Positions 38,335 through 52,977 of a stretch of 64,000 nucleotides of DNA are shown here, piece by piece. The number at the start of each line of letters is the position of its first letter. Position 1 is the first letter of the stretch. The stretch is from the NCBI GenBank assembly GCA_951406725.2, contig OX597821.1, forward strand, positions 112,592,001-112,656,000. The letters are read 5' to 3'. Made by a program: the position numbers and the translations under genes. The stretch is from Octopus vulgaris. Its lineage: Eukaryota. Below the pieces are notes generated by a model. It was not told where the DNA came from. It was given only the letters and a program-made list of their open reading frames with translations, and did not search any database.

Positions 38335-39553
38335 ATATCGAATCACGCCATGATTTTTATTTGCTCGCTTCTATAAAGCTGGAATTATATACTAAGCTCT
38401 CCATGGCGGCCCCGACTCAGAAATTATAATGCGCTCATATAGAAGCTGTTGGTCTCAGCCAGTAACAAATGTCAATTAACATTCAAGATTTTATTTATAT
38501 CAGTTTTATGTTGTAGCTTCTTTTTTTTTTACCTTTTCTCTTTATCTTTTCTTCTTCAGATTACACAACAATTGCTCTCTTACATCTATTATTAGTCGCT
38601 ATTATCTATGCACCATTAGCTTCTGAAAATAGCCATAGATTTATTTATTAAAACAATGGAGAATATTAGGTTGGTTTTTAGATCGCAGTGTTCAGCAAAT
38701 GTCTGGCACTTCCATAACATGTAACCATCACAGAGCAAGCAAGCTACTGAGAGAAACAGACAGATAGATAAATAAACAGATAGATAGACAGAGAAAGAGA
38801 AAGGGGAGAGAAAGACACAAAGATAGATAGCCAGAGATGAAGAAAGAAAGAAATAAAGAGAGGGAACGATAAAGTGTGAGATGATGCCGTGTTTAAGAAT
38901 TTTCTTGGTGTACTTTTTCGACAGGTGTTTCTTTGTTCTGAGCTGCTAGAGTCTGTAACTGCAGCTGCTTCGAAAATATATTTTTGGGGCATTGTATTGA
39001 GTTTCTGGTTACTTAAACTTGTTATGTCAGCTGCTTCGACTTATTTTGAGCATTTTGCTATAGATATTCACAGGATTCCGAATAGGAAATTAATAAAACA
39101 CAAGGAAAAGAGGTGTGGCGGAGATGCAAAAAGAAAAAAAAGCGAATCAGAAAAGTGGTGAGACTGAATAATTTAATACACCTCATATCTGCTGCTTCGT
39201 CGATGAGTTTTAAGTGAAATACAAATGATGCTGTGTATATTGTATAGTGTTAGAGAGATAGGTAGAGGGAGGGGAGGGGGAGAAAGAGAGAGAGAGAGAG
39301 GGGGAGGGAAAGGGAGAGGTACACAGATACACAGGTAGCTTGCTAGAAATATATAATTAGATATATATATATATAGAGAGAGACAGTCTGACAGTCAAAC
39401 AGGCAGACAGACGACAGACAGACAGATAGATAGAGAGATAAAGAGAGAGAGAGACAGACAGACGGACGGACAGGGAGACAGGGAGACAGTGAGAGATAAT
39501 TTATAGAAAGGCATGTAGATGGACAGACATACAGACAAACTAATATATATATG

Positions 39554-39762
<209 letters not shown>

Positions 39763-39775
39763 GAGAGAGAGAGAG

Positions 39776-39810
<35 letters not shown>

Positions 39811-40324
39811 GTGATAATTCATTATTCATTATTAAATACTCGTTAGTCTTGCTGGGTTTGAATAATGAATAACTAACTTTTGTAGTAAGAAAAAAAATAA
39901 TGTAATTGGATTTAGTAAAACAATTACAAGGCAAATTTTGGAAATACAGCGTAAACAGAAGAGAGAAAAAAAAAACAAATCGAATGAAGATCAACAGCAT
40001 ACACTGAGACATCCATCCAGGCCCCACCATGTCTAAATCATTTAATGGACATAGTATAAAGGTACGAGCTATTAATAGTTGCTTCTTTCGGAGATGCCGT
40101 CAAAGCAGGTTTTTATAACACGCTTGTGTCGCCAAGCTATCTATGGGCTCTGAGCACACGATCTACCCAATTTTCAAATCAGGACGCTAGCATAAGAGTC
40201 GTAACGAGAAGAAGATGATTGCAAAAAATGGAAGGGTGAATAGAAACGGAAAAAGAAAAGGAAAGGCACAAAGCATGTTATAAAAACCTGCCTAGACCCG
40301 TGTCTCCAAAGCAAAAAACTACTG

Positions 40325-40890
40325 GCAGACACATTCTCAAAGTTGGCTGGACCTTAAAAACTCCAGACACACAGGTCCTGAGAACAGCTGATATCTTGAA
40401 TATTGAGGCGATGGTTCACAAGCACGGGTTACGTTGGACTGGACATCTTATTAGAATGAAGGATAGCAGGATCTTTAAACAGATGCTATATGAAGAACTT
40501 GTGAATGGAAAGAGACACTAGCAGAAACCAAAGCTGCGATTTAAAGACTGTGTGAAGTTCTCATTAAGGGCCTGTGATATGCAGGAGACGGACTGGGAGA
40601 ACAATGCCTCTCATCGTCACGGATGGAAGAAGCAGGTTAAGGAGGGTGTCGACACTTTTGAGAGAGCACGTATTCAGCAAGATCTTAAGTGTGCTGCTCG
40701 AAAGCGCACTACTGGTCTAGAGAATGTGGAATGCTTGGTTTGCAATGTCTGCAGCCATGTATGCTTGTCAAGAGCAGGGCTCAGCCACCAACGGAGCCGC
40801 AAATGCAAAATATTAGTCCTTGAGCGCACAATGTTCCTAGAGGTTAGCAATGGTCTTCCTCGGTCACGAGTGGACAGCCATTATCATCAT
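40325..40890 (+). mobile_element. RTE-clade LINE 3' end with C-terminal C2H2-type finger
   Basis: RHILKVGW..LRWTGHLIRMKDSRIFKQMLYEELVNGKRH*QKPKLRFKDCVK..WENNASHRHGW..CNVCSHVCLSRAGLSHQR; tail ..gagtggacagccatt(atc)n. Confidence 0.88.
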
Positions 40891-40912
40891 GTACGTACGT
40901 ATGCATGCATGC

Positions 40913-40967
<55 letters not shown>

Positions 40968-40990
40968 GAGAGGAGAGAGACAAAGAGAGC

Positions 40991-41070
<80 letters not shown>

Positions 41071-41097
41071 TAATAATTGATATCTTTTTTTTCTTTT

Positions 41098-41420
41098 TCG
41101 CCCTTTTCAAGCCTAGCCAGGCTCATGGGCCCAGTTTCCCGGGTTCTGTGGCGTATGTATTCCCCCAGCTGGACGGGACGCCAGTCCATCGCAGCGTTAC
41201 ATAAGAAACAGGAAAACAACAGGCGAAATGCTTAGCGGTATTTCGTCTGTCGCTACGTTCTGAGTTCAAATTCCGCCGAGGTCGACTTTGCCTTTCATCC
41301 TTTAGGGATCGATAAATTAAGTATCAGTAACGCCCTGGGGTCGATGTAATCCACTTAGTCCCTTTGTCTGTCCTTGTTTGCCCCTCTGTGTTTAGCCCCC
41401 TGTGTGCAATGAAGAAATAG
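41098..41420. mobile_element. SINE 3' part (-, 41098-41215) adjoining SINE A (+, 41222-41420)
   Basis: Minus-strand gctgcgatggactggcgtcccgtccag body; plus-strand ggcgaaatgcttagcggtatttcg..gaggtcgactttgcctttcatcc. Confidence 0.75.
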
Positions 41421-41599
41421 ATACATAGTTTCATTGAAGAAAATAGCATGAAACTTTGAGCGGAAAATCCACCGCCAAGGCAGCGTTTATAAGAGGGAGA
41501 TTAATAAATAGCAGTTAATTATTGTGTTTGATAAAGAAACGGTTTTATTCTAGCTTTAGATCCTCAATCGCTGCTCAGCGCATTGGCTGACAAGCTTTC

Positions 41600-42470
41600 T
41601 TCATTGGGTTCGGTCGGCTGCTTCGCTTGCACATCCATTCCACATAATGTTGACTGTCTTCAGATCACCTTGAAATGTCTACCACTAAGTGAACTTCATT
41701 CTGCGCCTTTTATGCTTGCCAAAAGGTGGTACCTGTTTTCGAGTGCCATTGATCGGCTATACCAGTGGAGCTCAACCGGGGTCAATATGACCAATGGGGG
41801 TTCATCTAAGACTTCTGGGGGGGGGGGGGATGGCACGCAACAAAATACTAAATGAGAGATCCGCAATAATATTCTAAGGGACCCTGAAAAAAATTTGCTT
41901 TAGATGTATATATTGGTATGTTGAACAAGAAACAGCAATGTTTCTTTCTCTGATGTCGTACATGGTTCAACCTACAGAAGTTAATGTGGAGAAAACAAAA
42001 TAGGAATTTGGAAAGAAGTTTCTATAAAACTAGTTTTTAATCATCAAATGGTTATGGGGATTCAGCAAAATAAATTTATAATCAAAGGAATCCAGAGGTC
42101 AAAAATGGTTGAGAAACCCTGGGCTAGACGGAGAACGGGGTAAACCAGGTGGAGTCTGTGCTGTGGTCGTGACTTGGCTCGTATTAAAGTCAATTCATTT
42201 GTGACACGGTCCCGCCGGTTGACCCACAGGATCTTTATGAAGTATTTTCGATGGAATGCGTTTGGTTTTCTATCTCTTCTTGCTGTGCTTTTCCAAGTCT
42301 CGCTGGCATAGATTGAAGTAGGCAGAACGATGCAGTTACACAGACGAAATTTCACATGTTTGAGGTCGTCCAGATGGAACGCAATAGCTGGAACACTGCA
42401 GCCATCTTGCCAATCCTGCATTCTCTGTCGAGTTCCACATCGCCAGAGTTGCTTAGAACGCTGCCGAGAT
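41600..42470 (-). mobile_element. Degraded RTE LINE fragment interrupted by a MITE
   Basis: IVLPTSIYASETWKSTARRDRKPNAFHRKYFIKILWVNRRDRVTNE..RLHLVYPVLRL matches RTE ORF C-terminal motifs. Confidence 0.7.
41763..42121. mobile_element. hAT (Charlie-like) MITE with 8-bp TSD
   Basis: TIRs CAGTGGAGCTCAACC and GGTTGAGAAACCCTG; flanks GGCTATAC (41755-41762) and GGCTAGAC (42122-42129) match at 7/8 with a central TA. Confidence 0.85.
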
Positions 42471-42755
42471 AGTTATTCTAGACATAAGAAATATTCCACT
42501 ACATTGAGTACAAGAGACAAAAGAAAGAAAATGTCTGGAAGGAATATTAGAGACGGTTTAAATTAATTCTTAAAACTAAGCTAAATGCCAAAAATAATGT
42601 AAATATCTATTAATACTTTGAATGCTTCATAGATTACTGCTGAAAATATTCTTAACTGAATGGCGAGTGGATTAGCAAGACTAGGTAGAAACACAATGAA
42701 TTAATGACTGTATTTAGAATATACCACCGTAAATCCGACACAGAAAGATTACAAT

Positions 42756-42813
<58 letters not shown>

Positions 42814-42892
42814 TCACTCAAACACGCAAACGAACACACACGCACGCACACTCACATATACAAACGCAGAGTGAAAGTTCTTGTGTATATTA

Positions 42893-43328
42893 GTTTCAAA
42901 CTTTGGCACAAGGCCAGCAATTTCGAAGGAGGGGATAAGCTGATTACATCGGCCCCATTCCTCCAATGGTGTCTTATCGAACCCCAAGTTGGCGAGCTGG
43001 CAGAATCGTTAGCACGCCGGGTAAAATGCTTAGCGATATTTAGCCCGTCGCTACGTTTCTGAGTTCAAATTCCGCCATGGTCGACTTTGCCTTTTATCCA
43101 TTCGGGGTCGATAAATTAAGAACCAGTTGAGTACTAGGGTCGTTGTAATCGACTGCCTCCTTCCCTCAAATTCCAGGCCTTGTGCCTATAATAGAACGGT
43201 ATTTTATCGATGAAGGATGAAAGGCAAAGCTGACCTCGGCGAAATTTGGCCTCAGAACGTAAAGATGGACAAAATGGCGCTAAGCATTTCACCCGGTTTG
43301 TTAATGATTGTACTTATTCGCCTCCTTA
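42893..43328. mobile_element. SINE A (+, ~42990-43200) nested inside an antisense SINE A
   Basis: Minus-strand tail (42893-42988) and head (43200-43328) flank a complete plus-strand copy. Confidence 0.78.
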
Positions 43329-43614
43329 GGTCTTCTGTATATTATGTTCGTCACTAACCGCTGGTTTTCCCCAAACAAACACTAGGCAAGAACCAGGTTC
43401 GATTATGTCTGCGTTAGCATCCCCCACCTTTCGGCCTACTTGAATATTTGTGGCACTCTCAGCCAACGTGTCAATAAAAAGAACATTATTTGATTACCTT
43501 TTTCTTTGCAAAAATCTTTACAATGCTAAAAATCGGTTACGTTTCATGAATAGCAGTATGAAATACACATCTAAAATATTCTTTGTCTTAATATAAAGAT
43601 ATTGTTTTAGTTTT

Positions 43615-43830
43615 CAAGAAGAGATGACATAATTCGAGAACGGATCGAAGTGAACGATGTGATCCCAGAATACTGAAAGCACAAGTTATGCTGGGCCGTA
43701 CATGCACCTAGGTTCACTGACAACAGATGGACTTTTGCATTTGCCGAATGGTATCCAAGAAATTGGAAAAGACTACTTGGAAGGCCTCCATGATGACGGG
43801 AAGACAATTTAGTTAAGCAATTTGTGTCAA
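43615..43830 (+). pseudogene. Degraded RTE LINE fragment
   Basis: IRERIEVNDVI..KLCWAVHAPRFTDNRWTFAFAEWYPRNWKRLLGRPP matches the WAGHxxR..DNRWT..EWxPR..GRP motif. Confidence 0.75.
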
Positions 43831-45304
43831 GATGAAAAGAATAACGTAATTAAGACAGAATTAGAAGCGCATTGTAACCAGCGGTGTATAACAGTATAAC
43901 ATCTGATGGTCCGGTCGATCCTTCAGTATGTGAATACAGAGATATTATCGTCAAGTGTCGCTGTTTAGCAAATAAACGCTCAATATATTTCATCCTTTAC
44001 TCAGGAGAACAAGCAGTGTTCATCACCCTTAACAGAATCTCCAAGAGAGGTTACCCTAATGCTTGTACTAGAGTGGTCTCCGCTAAAGGTACCCAAAGTA
44101 CAAGTGTAGTGGTAAGCTGGATGACGGAGAACACGAGATTAAGCAACCTCTCATGGTTAAGTCACCAATTGATCGAATTACACAAAAACAATTGACAAAA
44201 TAATAAGCTAGAGTGGTACCAGTCTTTTGGTAATCAGCAGAACCTATATTGAACTTGAATCTCATTCTGTCGTGGGCCATCGTACAATACACTGTCTCTT
44301 AAGCTCTTTTTAGACCTCGCGGAGCCCAGCCCTTTCCAAGGCTGACTATAGTTGAGTTCTTCTAGAAAGTGAGACAGCAACGTACAGAAGGAAAGAGTGA
44401 GAGAAAGAGAAAAATACAGTATATCGATCCCAGTACGGCTGCGGTTGTATTTATCGAATCCGAGGGAGAGAAGACGAAAGGTAAAGAGGACGTCAGCTGA
44501 ATTTGAACACTGAATGCTAAGAGCCGGAGCCAATATCACAAAGCATTCTATCCAATGCTCCCGCGACTTCACACGATCATAAATCAGGAAATGAACTTTT
44601 TCTATCTACCGTTGAAATATCAAAATATTACGACTCTTATTCTATAACCATATTAAAAGCTGGCGTTTTACAACGAAAACACAAAGACATTTGAAGCTTC
44701 ATTGCTAGATTTTCCATAGTTCCAAGCAACAAAAATTCATTTCCCATTCTGTCACTCCCATTCTTTTACCAAAATTATTACATACCTTCATTCTTCTATT
44801 CTATACGTTTATCTCAACCTCGCTCTCTTCCTCTTTCCTTCTCTGTACTCCTACCTCGCCTCACTCTCTCTCTCTCTCTCTCGTTTGCTCTCTATATTTT
44901 TTCCTTTTTTTCACTTTCCCCTCTTCTCTCACACCATCACGTTCATGTCACTCCTTCCTCGACATTCACTCCTTTAGAGCTCTCCAATACGAAGACAGAA
45001 AAAGATCTGACGAGTAAACTCATGGTGAGTTTATCCTCCTCAAGTAAGTACTTATAAGGTTAAGTCTGCTGAAGGCTTTTGCAGAACTTCAGTTACGAAG
45101 CCTGCTCCACCAACACCACCACCACCACCACCACCACCATCGTCAGGAACATCAACATTTCTCCCCCCACCAACCTTTCTCTCTCTTAATTGACACGAAG
45201 TTAAACGTTTGTTTCAAATACCGAAAGATTTCATTTTTACCAATTCCGGAGCGTGACTACTTATCGAGATGTCATATCGACATCACTTCATCGTGTTCCT
45301 GATA

Positions 45305-45336
<32 letters not shown>

Positions 45337-45362
45337 TTATTATTATTATTATTATTGGTGGC

Positions 45363-45430
<68 letters not shown>

Positions 45431-45704
45431 AGTTGGTGGTGGTGGTTGTAGTAGTATCCTTCTTCCTAAGAAAGAGAGAAGGATGAAGAAACAGAAGGGA
45501 ACAAAACCGAAATCTCGTTTGTGCCATTATTGAAAGAAAATTCAACGATTTTCTTTCCTATTTCCTTTTCTCATGATGGCTGCAACGAGAGACGAGATAA
45601 TAAATAAATAAATAAATAAATAAATAAATGAAAGAAATAAATAATAATGAACAAAAACTAGAACCCTCCAAAATACGTAAAGTTTAACAATCTGCCTAAA
45701 ACCA

Positions 45705-45763
<59 letters not shown>

Positions 45764-45771
45764 TCCTTTGC

Positions 45772-45980
45772 GCTTTAAGCACAAGGCCTGGAATTTGGGG
45801 AAGGGGGTAATCGATTACATCGACCCCAGTGCTTTACAGGTACCTAATTTATCGACCTCGAAAGGATGAAGGTTAAGGTCAACCTCACTGGAATTTGAAC
45901 TCAGAACTCAGAACGTGACGACGGACGAAATGGCGCTAAGCATTATGCGCGGCATGCTAACGATTCTGCCAGCTCGCTGC
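45772..45980 (-). mobile_element. SINE A, full length, in (TAA)n
   Basis: Reverse complement of agcagcgagctggcagaatcgttagc..ccaggccttgtgc. Confidence 0.85.
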
Positions 45981-46030
45981 TAGAATAATGATGATGATGA
46001 TGATTATGATGATGATAATAATAATAATAA

Positions 46031-46062
<32 letters not shown>

Positions 46063-46127
46063 TAATAATAATAATAACTAGAACCCTCCAAAATACGTAC
46101 AATTTTAACAACAACAACAACAACAAC

Positions 46128-46164
<37 letters not shown>

Positions 46165-46642
46165 TCATGTACATTGTTTTGTCTTGGTATAAAAGATGGG
46201 CTACAGCAAATATTCTGCTCAATACCACAGATTTGCTTGTCAGTTGACCTGAGCATGTCCCTTAGTGGCTGAAGATATGTGCATCTCTGATCACGAGCAG
46301 AAGTAGTGGGGAGCATCATAGCCATGTGTTGAGAGGGATTCTTTGGGGTTTGAATAGTTCACCTCTGGAAACATGGGTGGTTCTTTCAACATCCTTAAAC
46401 AACCCTTATTCAGGGACCGTTTGAGCGGGATGGGTTACTCAACCTGAAGAAAATTCTAACTGGGCCCCACCTGCAAGGTCATGTGCTGTTTATCTTGATA
46501 TGAGATCACCATGTCGCGCACATATGGTTGTGATGCATGTGCCTGGTGTACCTTTATCAGACGGGTAGTCATGATGGGTATATTGGGCTTCGTATATTTT
46601 ACCCCAGTGTCACTTTGATGGCATGAACTGCTCTCTCACTCA
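46165..46642 (+). mobile_element. Element X, slightly 5'-truncated
   Basis: atcatgtacattgttttgtc..ctctctcactc, flanked by (AAT)n. Confidence 0.88.
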
Positions 46643-46651
46643 ATAATAATA

Positions 46652-46815
46652 ACCCTTTCTACTAAAGGCACAAGGCCTGAAATTTGGGGGTATAGAAGTA
46701 ATCGATTACATCGACCCCAGTGCATTACTGGTAGGTATTTTATGAACCCTGAAAGAATGAAAGGCGAAGTCGACATCGGTGGAATTCGAACTCAGAAGAT
46801 AAAAACAGAGGAAAT
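46652..46815 (-). mobile_element. SINE A (3' portion)
   Basis: aaggcacaaggcctgaaattt..tcgaccccag..gaaaggcgaagtcgac. Confidence 0.78.
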
Positions 46816-47339
46816 AAAGCTATAAATGAGACATAAGTATATAACAGACTAAATACGGCAAGACATCTATGATGCTCTCTTGCTGATACAGAAGGACCTC
46901 CAATCACGGGACCAATCACGGATTACTCTGAACGCATGTCGTTCTCCAGTCTACAGATCCACGCTTAGAGTATGCACGTTCACGTAAAGCCTGTTTGCCA
47001 CAGTCACTAGCCTTTTCGCAGATTCACTGGGAGATCAAGCACTTCCCTGTCCACCCTCGTTCTCTTTCCAAAGAAAGTCGAAAGGAATGTGTACGCCCTC
47101 AATCCTTTCAGCATCACCCATCATACAATCGCTTTCGACATTAATACAAGTAGAAGTAGGAGGAGGAGGGGGGGGAAGGAGGAGGAAGAAGTAGAAGAAG
47201 AAGAAGAAGAAGAAGAAGAAGAAGAAGAAGAAAGAAAGAAGGAGGAGGAAGAAGAAGAGGGAGGAGGAGGAGGAGGAAGAAGAAGAAGAAGAAGAAGAAG
47301 AAGAAGAAGAAGAAGAAGAAGAAGAAGAAGAAGAAGAAT

Positions 47340-48482
47340 AGTTGAGAGACATGGTTATGGTTGCAGAAAGGAAGGCTGAAAAAGGAGACAGAAAGTTTGA
47401 TTCCAACGCAAGATCAAGCATTAAGGACTAATTGGGAAAAAGCCAAGATAGACAAAAACCAATGTAAGTTATGCAAATCGAAAATGGAAAGTCTTAATCA
47501 TACAGTTAGTGAATGCAATATCCTGACACAGAATGAATACAAGAAAAGACATGGCAACCTTGGGAGAGCAATCCACTGGGAGTTATGTAGAGAGCTAGGA
47601 TTTGAACATAATGATAAATGTTATGAACATGAACCTAGTAAAGTACTAGAAAGTAAGAAATATAGGACGTCGTGGAACGTCAACATTCAGAATGACAGAG
47701 GGCTGATTTAGTAAATAGAGAATAGACAGACGCAGGAGTGGCTGTGTGGTAAGTAGCTTGCTAACCAACCACATGATTCCGGGTTCAGTCCCACTGCGTG
47801 GCATCTTGGGCAAGTGTCTTCTGCTATAGCCTCGGGCCGACCAAAGCCTTGTGAGTGGATTTGGTAGACGGAAACTGAAAGAAGCCTGTCGTATATATGT
47901 ATATATATATGTATGTGTGTGTATATGTTTGTGTGTCTGTGTTTGTCTCTCTAGCATTGCTTGACAACCGATGCTGGTGTGTTTACGTCCCCGTCACTTA
48001 GCGGTTCGGCAAAAGTGACCGATAGAATAAGTACTGAGCTTACAAAGAATAGGTCCCAAGGTCAATTTGCTCGACGAAAGGCGGTGCTCCAGCATGGCCG
48101 CAGTCAAATTACTGAAAAAAGTAAAAGAGAAAAGAGTAAGAGAGTACCAGATAATGGAATTTACAGTCCTAAATGATGAGAAAATCAATATGAGAGGTAT
48201 AGAGAAAATAGCAAAGTACCAGGGCCTAGTAATTGAACTACAGAAACTTTGGAAAGTGCGGGTAAAATGTATCCTGACAGTTATAGGTGCATTAAGAAGT
48301 ATCCTTAAGGATTTGAACAGATGGAGGAATTAGGCATAAAACCTAGTTCAGGACAGCTGCAGAAAACAGTGTTATTAGGGGCAGCTGGATTACTTAGGAG
48401 GGTCCTTCGCATCTAAGGTTACTTGTAGCCCGACGTTAGGAATTTTTCTTTTCCAAGAGTCTAATTTGTTGTGCAAACATGA
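47340..48482 (+). mobile_element. R4/Dong-like RLE LINE 3' portion interrupted by SINE B
   Basis: LKKETESLIPTQDQALRTNW..CKLCKSKMESLNHTVSECNILTQNEYKKRHGNLGRAIHWELC, then after the SINE EKIAKYQGLVIELQKLWKV..IGALRSI..LQKTVLLGAAGLLRRVL; tail into (CTA)/(TAA)n. Confidence 0.85.
47730..48140 (+). mobile_element. SINE B, full length, nested in the LINE
   Basis: gcaggagtggctgtgtggtaagtagc..gggttcagtccc..ccagcatggccgcagtc..gtaaaagag. Confidence 0.9.
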
Positions 48483-48483
48483 A

Positions 48484-48578
<95 letters not shown>

Positions 48579-48581
<3 letters not shown>

Positions 48582-49132
48582 GCTCTGATGCAGTACAAGG
48601 CTGTGGCTCTCATGGCTTCTGATCTTAACTGATTGGAAGTGTTATCATGTACATTGTTTTGTCTTCGTATAAAAGATGGGCTACAGTAAATATTCTGCTC
48701 AATACCACAGATTTGCTTGTCAGTTGTTTGACCATAACCTGTTGAGCATGTCCCTTAGTAGCTGACGATATGTGCGTCTCTGATCAGGAGCAGAAGTATT
48801 GGGGGAATATCATAGACATATGTTGAGAGGAATGCTTTGGGGTTTGGATAAGTCACCTCTGGAAACATGAGTGTTTTGTTTATCACCCTTATACAACCCT
48901 AATTCAAAGACCTTTTGAGTTGGATCGACTACTCGACTTAAAGAAAATTCTATCTCCCCCTCTAGGGTCATGCATTGTTTATCTTGATATAAGATCACCA
49001 TGTCACACACATATGGTTGTGATGCACGTGCCTGGTGTACCCTTATCAGACGGGTAGTCATAATGGGTAAAACTGGGCTCCGTATATTTTACCCCAATGT
49101 CACTTTGATGGCATGCACTGCTCCCTCACTCA
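48579..49132 (+). mobile_element. Element X, full length (~550 bp), in (TAA)n
   Basis: Starts aatgctctgatgcagtac directly after (AAT)n and ends ctcactcag before (AAC/AAT)n; no ORF and no TIR seen. Confidence 0.88.
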
Positions 49133-49188
49133 GTAACAACAAGAACAACAACAACAACAACAACAACAAGAACAACAACAACAACAAC

Positions 49189-49259
<71 letters not shown>

Positions 49260-49261
49260 TA

Positions 49262-49485
49262 ATGGTTTCAAATTTTGGCGTACAAGCAGGAGTCCCGAGG
49301 GAGGGGATAGGTTGATTATATCGACAGCCCCCCTCCCCTGTGCTCAACTGGTTCTTATTCTATTGACTCCGAAAGGATGAAAGGCAAATTTGATCTCGGC
49401 GGAATTTGAAATAAGAACCTGAAGACAGACGAAATGCCGCTAAGCATTTTGTCTGGGTGCAAATGATTCTGCGAGTTCACTGCCT
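49262..49485 (-). mobile_element. SINE A
   Basis: ggtttcaaattttgg..gaaaggatgaaaggcaaa..ggaatttgaa..taagcattt. Confidence 0.8.
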
Positions 49486-49487
49486 TC

Positions 49488-49532
<45 letters not shown>

Positions 49533-49981
49533 GATAGTGATGGTGATGATGATGATGGTGATGAGGATAACGATGATGATGATGATGGTGGCGGTGGTGG
49601 TGGTGGTGGTTTAATGGTGGTGGTGGTGGTGGTGATGATGATGATGATGATGGTGGTGTCGATGATGATGATAGTGATGGTGGGGATGATGACGATGATG
49701 ATGATGGTGATGATGATGATGGTGATGATGATGATAGGGATGGTAATGATTGTGATGGTGATGATGGTGATGATGATGATGGTGGTGGTGGTGGTGGTAA
49801 TGATGATGGTGATGATGATGATGGTGATGGTGTTGGTGGTGATGATGATGGTGATGATGATAAAAAATACAAACCATCAGAAAAAAAAACGAACGACATT
49901 GTACAGCAGAACGAAAATAAAATAGAACGAAAAGCAAAGCATACATACATACACACATATATATGCATGTGTGTGTGTATA

Positions 49982-50053
<72 letters not shown>

Positions 50054-50405
50054 TATATATATATATACGTATGTATGTGCGTGTGGGTATATATATATAT
50101 ATATATATATATACGTGTGTGTATATATATATATATGTGTATATATATATACATACGTACATATATGCATATGGGATTGAGTTCTAACTTTTTGTAGGTT
50201 TTTCGATATGTGAGAAAATAAAGACGACGACGGAGCTCTAAGTTATTGGCAAAAAATAAAAAAAAAATAAGGAGAAAAAAGAAAAACACAAAGCGAGGAG
50301 AAAAAAAATAAAGATGTGTCTTTTGAGTAAATTAACTTTATGGTTAGCAATGTTCTGTTTTATTTATTTGGTGGAGTTTTTTCGAGGAAGCGCTTGCTTT
50401 AGAAA

Positions 50406-50510
50406 GGCGATGGCGGCTGTGGCGATGGTGGCTGTGGCGATGGTGGTTTTGGCGATGGTGGCTCTGGCGATGGTGGCTGTGGCGATGGTGGCTGTGGCGG
50501 TGGTGGTTCT
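50406..50510. repeat. 15-bp repeat (ggcgatggtggctgt)n
   Basis: About seven imperfect units. Confidence 0.85.
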
Positions 50511-50943
50511 GGGTGTGTTGTTGTTGTTGTTGTTGTTTTTTTGTTGGTGGCGGTGGTGGTGGTGGCGGTGGTGGTGGCGCGGAAGGTCATTTTGCATTTT
50601 TGCTGCAGTGAGTTGTTGTGGTTAAGTAGATTGTAGATTGTTTTTTGCGAGCTTTGGGATGCAGGGATGCAGGGATGCCGCAAACATTGGTCAGTGAGTG
50701 ATGATATATGAAGACAGATGAGTGAGTGATTGAGAGAGAGAGAGGGAAAGGGGGAGTGAGGGAGGGAGAGAGAGAGAGAGAGAGGAGAAAAGAAGATATG
50801 TGTTGCATACAAAAAGGTGTGTGTGTGTGTATCTGAGTGTGCGGTTGTGCAGTGCACGTGCGTGTATATACATACACGTATACACACGTATATATACATA
50901 TGTACTCACACAAATATAGATGAATATATGTTTATAAATATAC

Positions 50944-51001
<58 letters not shown>

Positions 51002-51024
51002 ATACATTTATAAATATGCTATAC

Positions 51025-51055
<31 letters not shown>

Positions 51056-51402
51056 TATATGAATGTATATCGATATATTTTATTGTATATCTCTAGGTAC
51101 ATGTTTGTATATGCATTCTTTTATATAAATATATAGACATTCATATCGGTTTTATTACACACACACACACACACACATATTTTTTTTCTAGTTTCAGCTC
51201 AGAGTTGCGGCCATGCTGATGCACCGCCGTTTATCCATATATGTATATGTATATGTATTTATATTTGTGTGTGCGTTGTGTGTATATGTATATATATGTG
51301 TGTATGTTACGTGTATTCATGGATTAATACATGCATGTACATATATATACATGTATATACATATATATTAGAAATATGTATATATATGTGTATATATATG
51401 TG

Positions 51403-51454
<52 letters not shown>

Positions 51455-51565
51455 TATGTGAGTGTGTGTACATGTGTGTTTACACACATAGACACACACA
51501 TATGATGGATAGTATATTGTATATATGATGCATGTACATATCTATATCTATCTATCCATCCATCC

Positions 51566-51640
<75 letters not shown>

Positions 51641-51642
51641 CA

Positions 51643-51689
<47 letters not shown>

Positions 51690-51693
51690 TTAT

Positions 51694-51788
<95 letters not shown>

Positions 51789-52921
51789 CATACATAATAC
51801 ATACATACATATATATATATATATCCCAAAACACACACACACACACAGAGGGATTGTATTTGTGTGAAAATATTGAAGAGAGTAAGAACAAGAAAAGTCA
51901 ATTCTCTTTTATTGTCTTATATTGTCTTTTATGGTAAGAATTAGTTTCTAATGGAATCCCACAGAATCGCAGAATAAATTATCTGATTACTGGGCAGAAT
52001 GCAAGGAATACAGAAATGCGCATAAGATGCATGTATGTACGTATATATGTATATACGTGTGTATATACACATATCTATTGAGTATGCATGTACGTATATA
52101 GGCATATATATATACGTATATATATGTATACATGTATATATGTAAATATATATACTTATGTATGTGTATATACATATATGTACATATATACATATATATG
52201 TAAATATACATACACATATTTATATGCATATGTGTATATGTATATATATATGTGTGTGTGTGTGTGTGTATGTATATGTCTGTGCATATATATATATATA
52301 ACGTGTGAGTATATATATATGTATGTGTGTGCATGTATATGTGTACAAGCATATGCATGTACATATACATATAAATATATACATGCATATGTATAACGTG
52401 CGTGTATATATGTGTGTATGTATACATGCATATATTATACATATATATATATGTATGCATTGATATGTATGCATTTATATGTATGTGTGTTTGCGTGCAT
52501 GTGTGCATGTATGTACGTGTGTTTGTGCATGTGTGAACGTATGCGTGTACTGCAACGCTGATACGGGAAGGAACGAGCCTACACACACACACACACAAGC
52601 ACACACACAAGCACACACACACACACACATAACACACACACAGATGAATACATAAATCTGCAATTTGGACAGTAAGACAAATGAAATATTAACCACCATT
52701 GGCAACTTCCATATCAACATTGACATTAACGGGGCCTATTGCATAGAGAGAGAGAGAGAGTTCAGGGGAGACAGAGGCGTAGCGCGGCGAACTGCCTGAG
52801 AGTGCGTCATCGCTTCTATCTGACTATTTCTAGACAGCATGGCGGAAATAGAAACACCGGACAAAAGGAAGTAGTTCTCAATAAGAGAGAGCTAGAGAGA
52901 GAGCTAGAGAGAGAGAGAGAG

Positions 52922-52977
<56 letters not shown>

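Noticed and set aside
45007-45035. CTGACGA followed by a hairpin
   Set aside because: No GAAA after the stem, so not a hammerhead.
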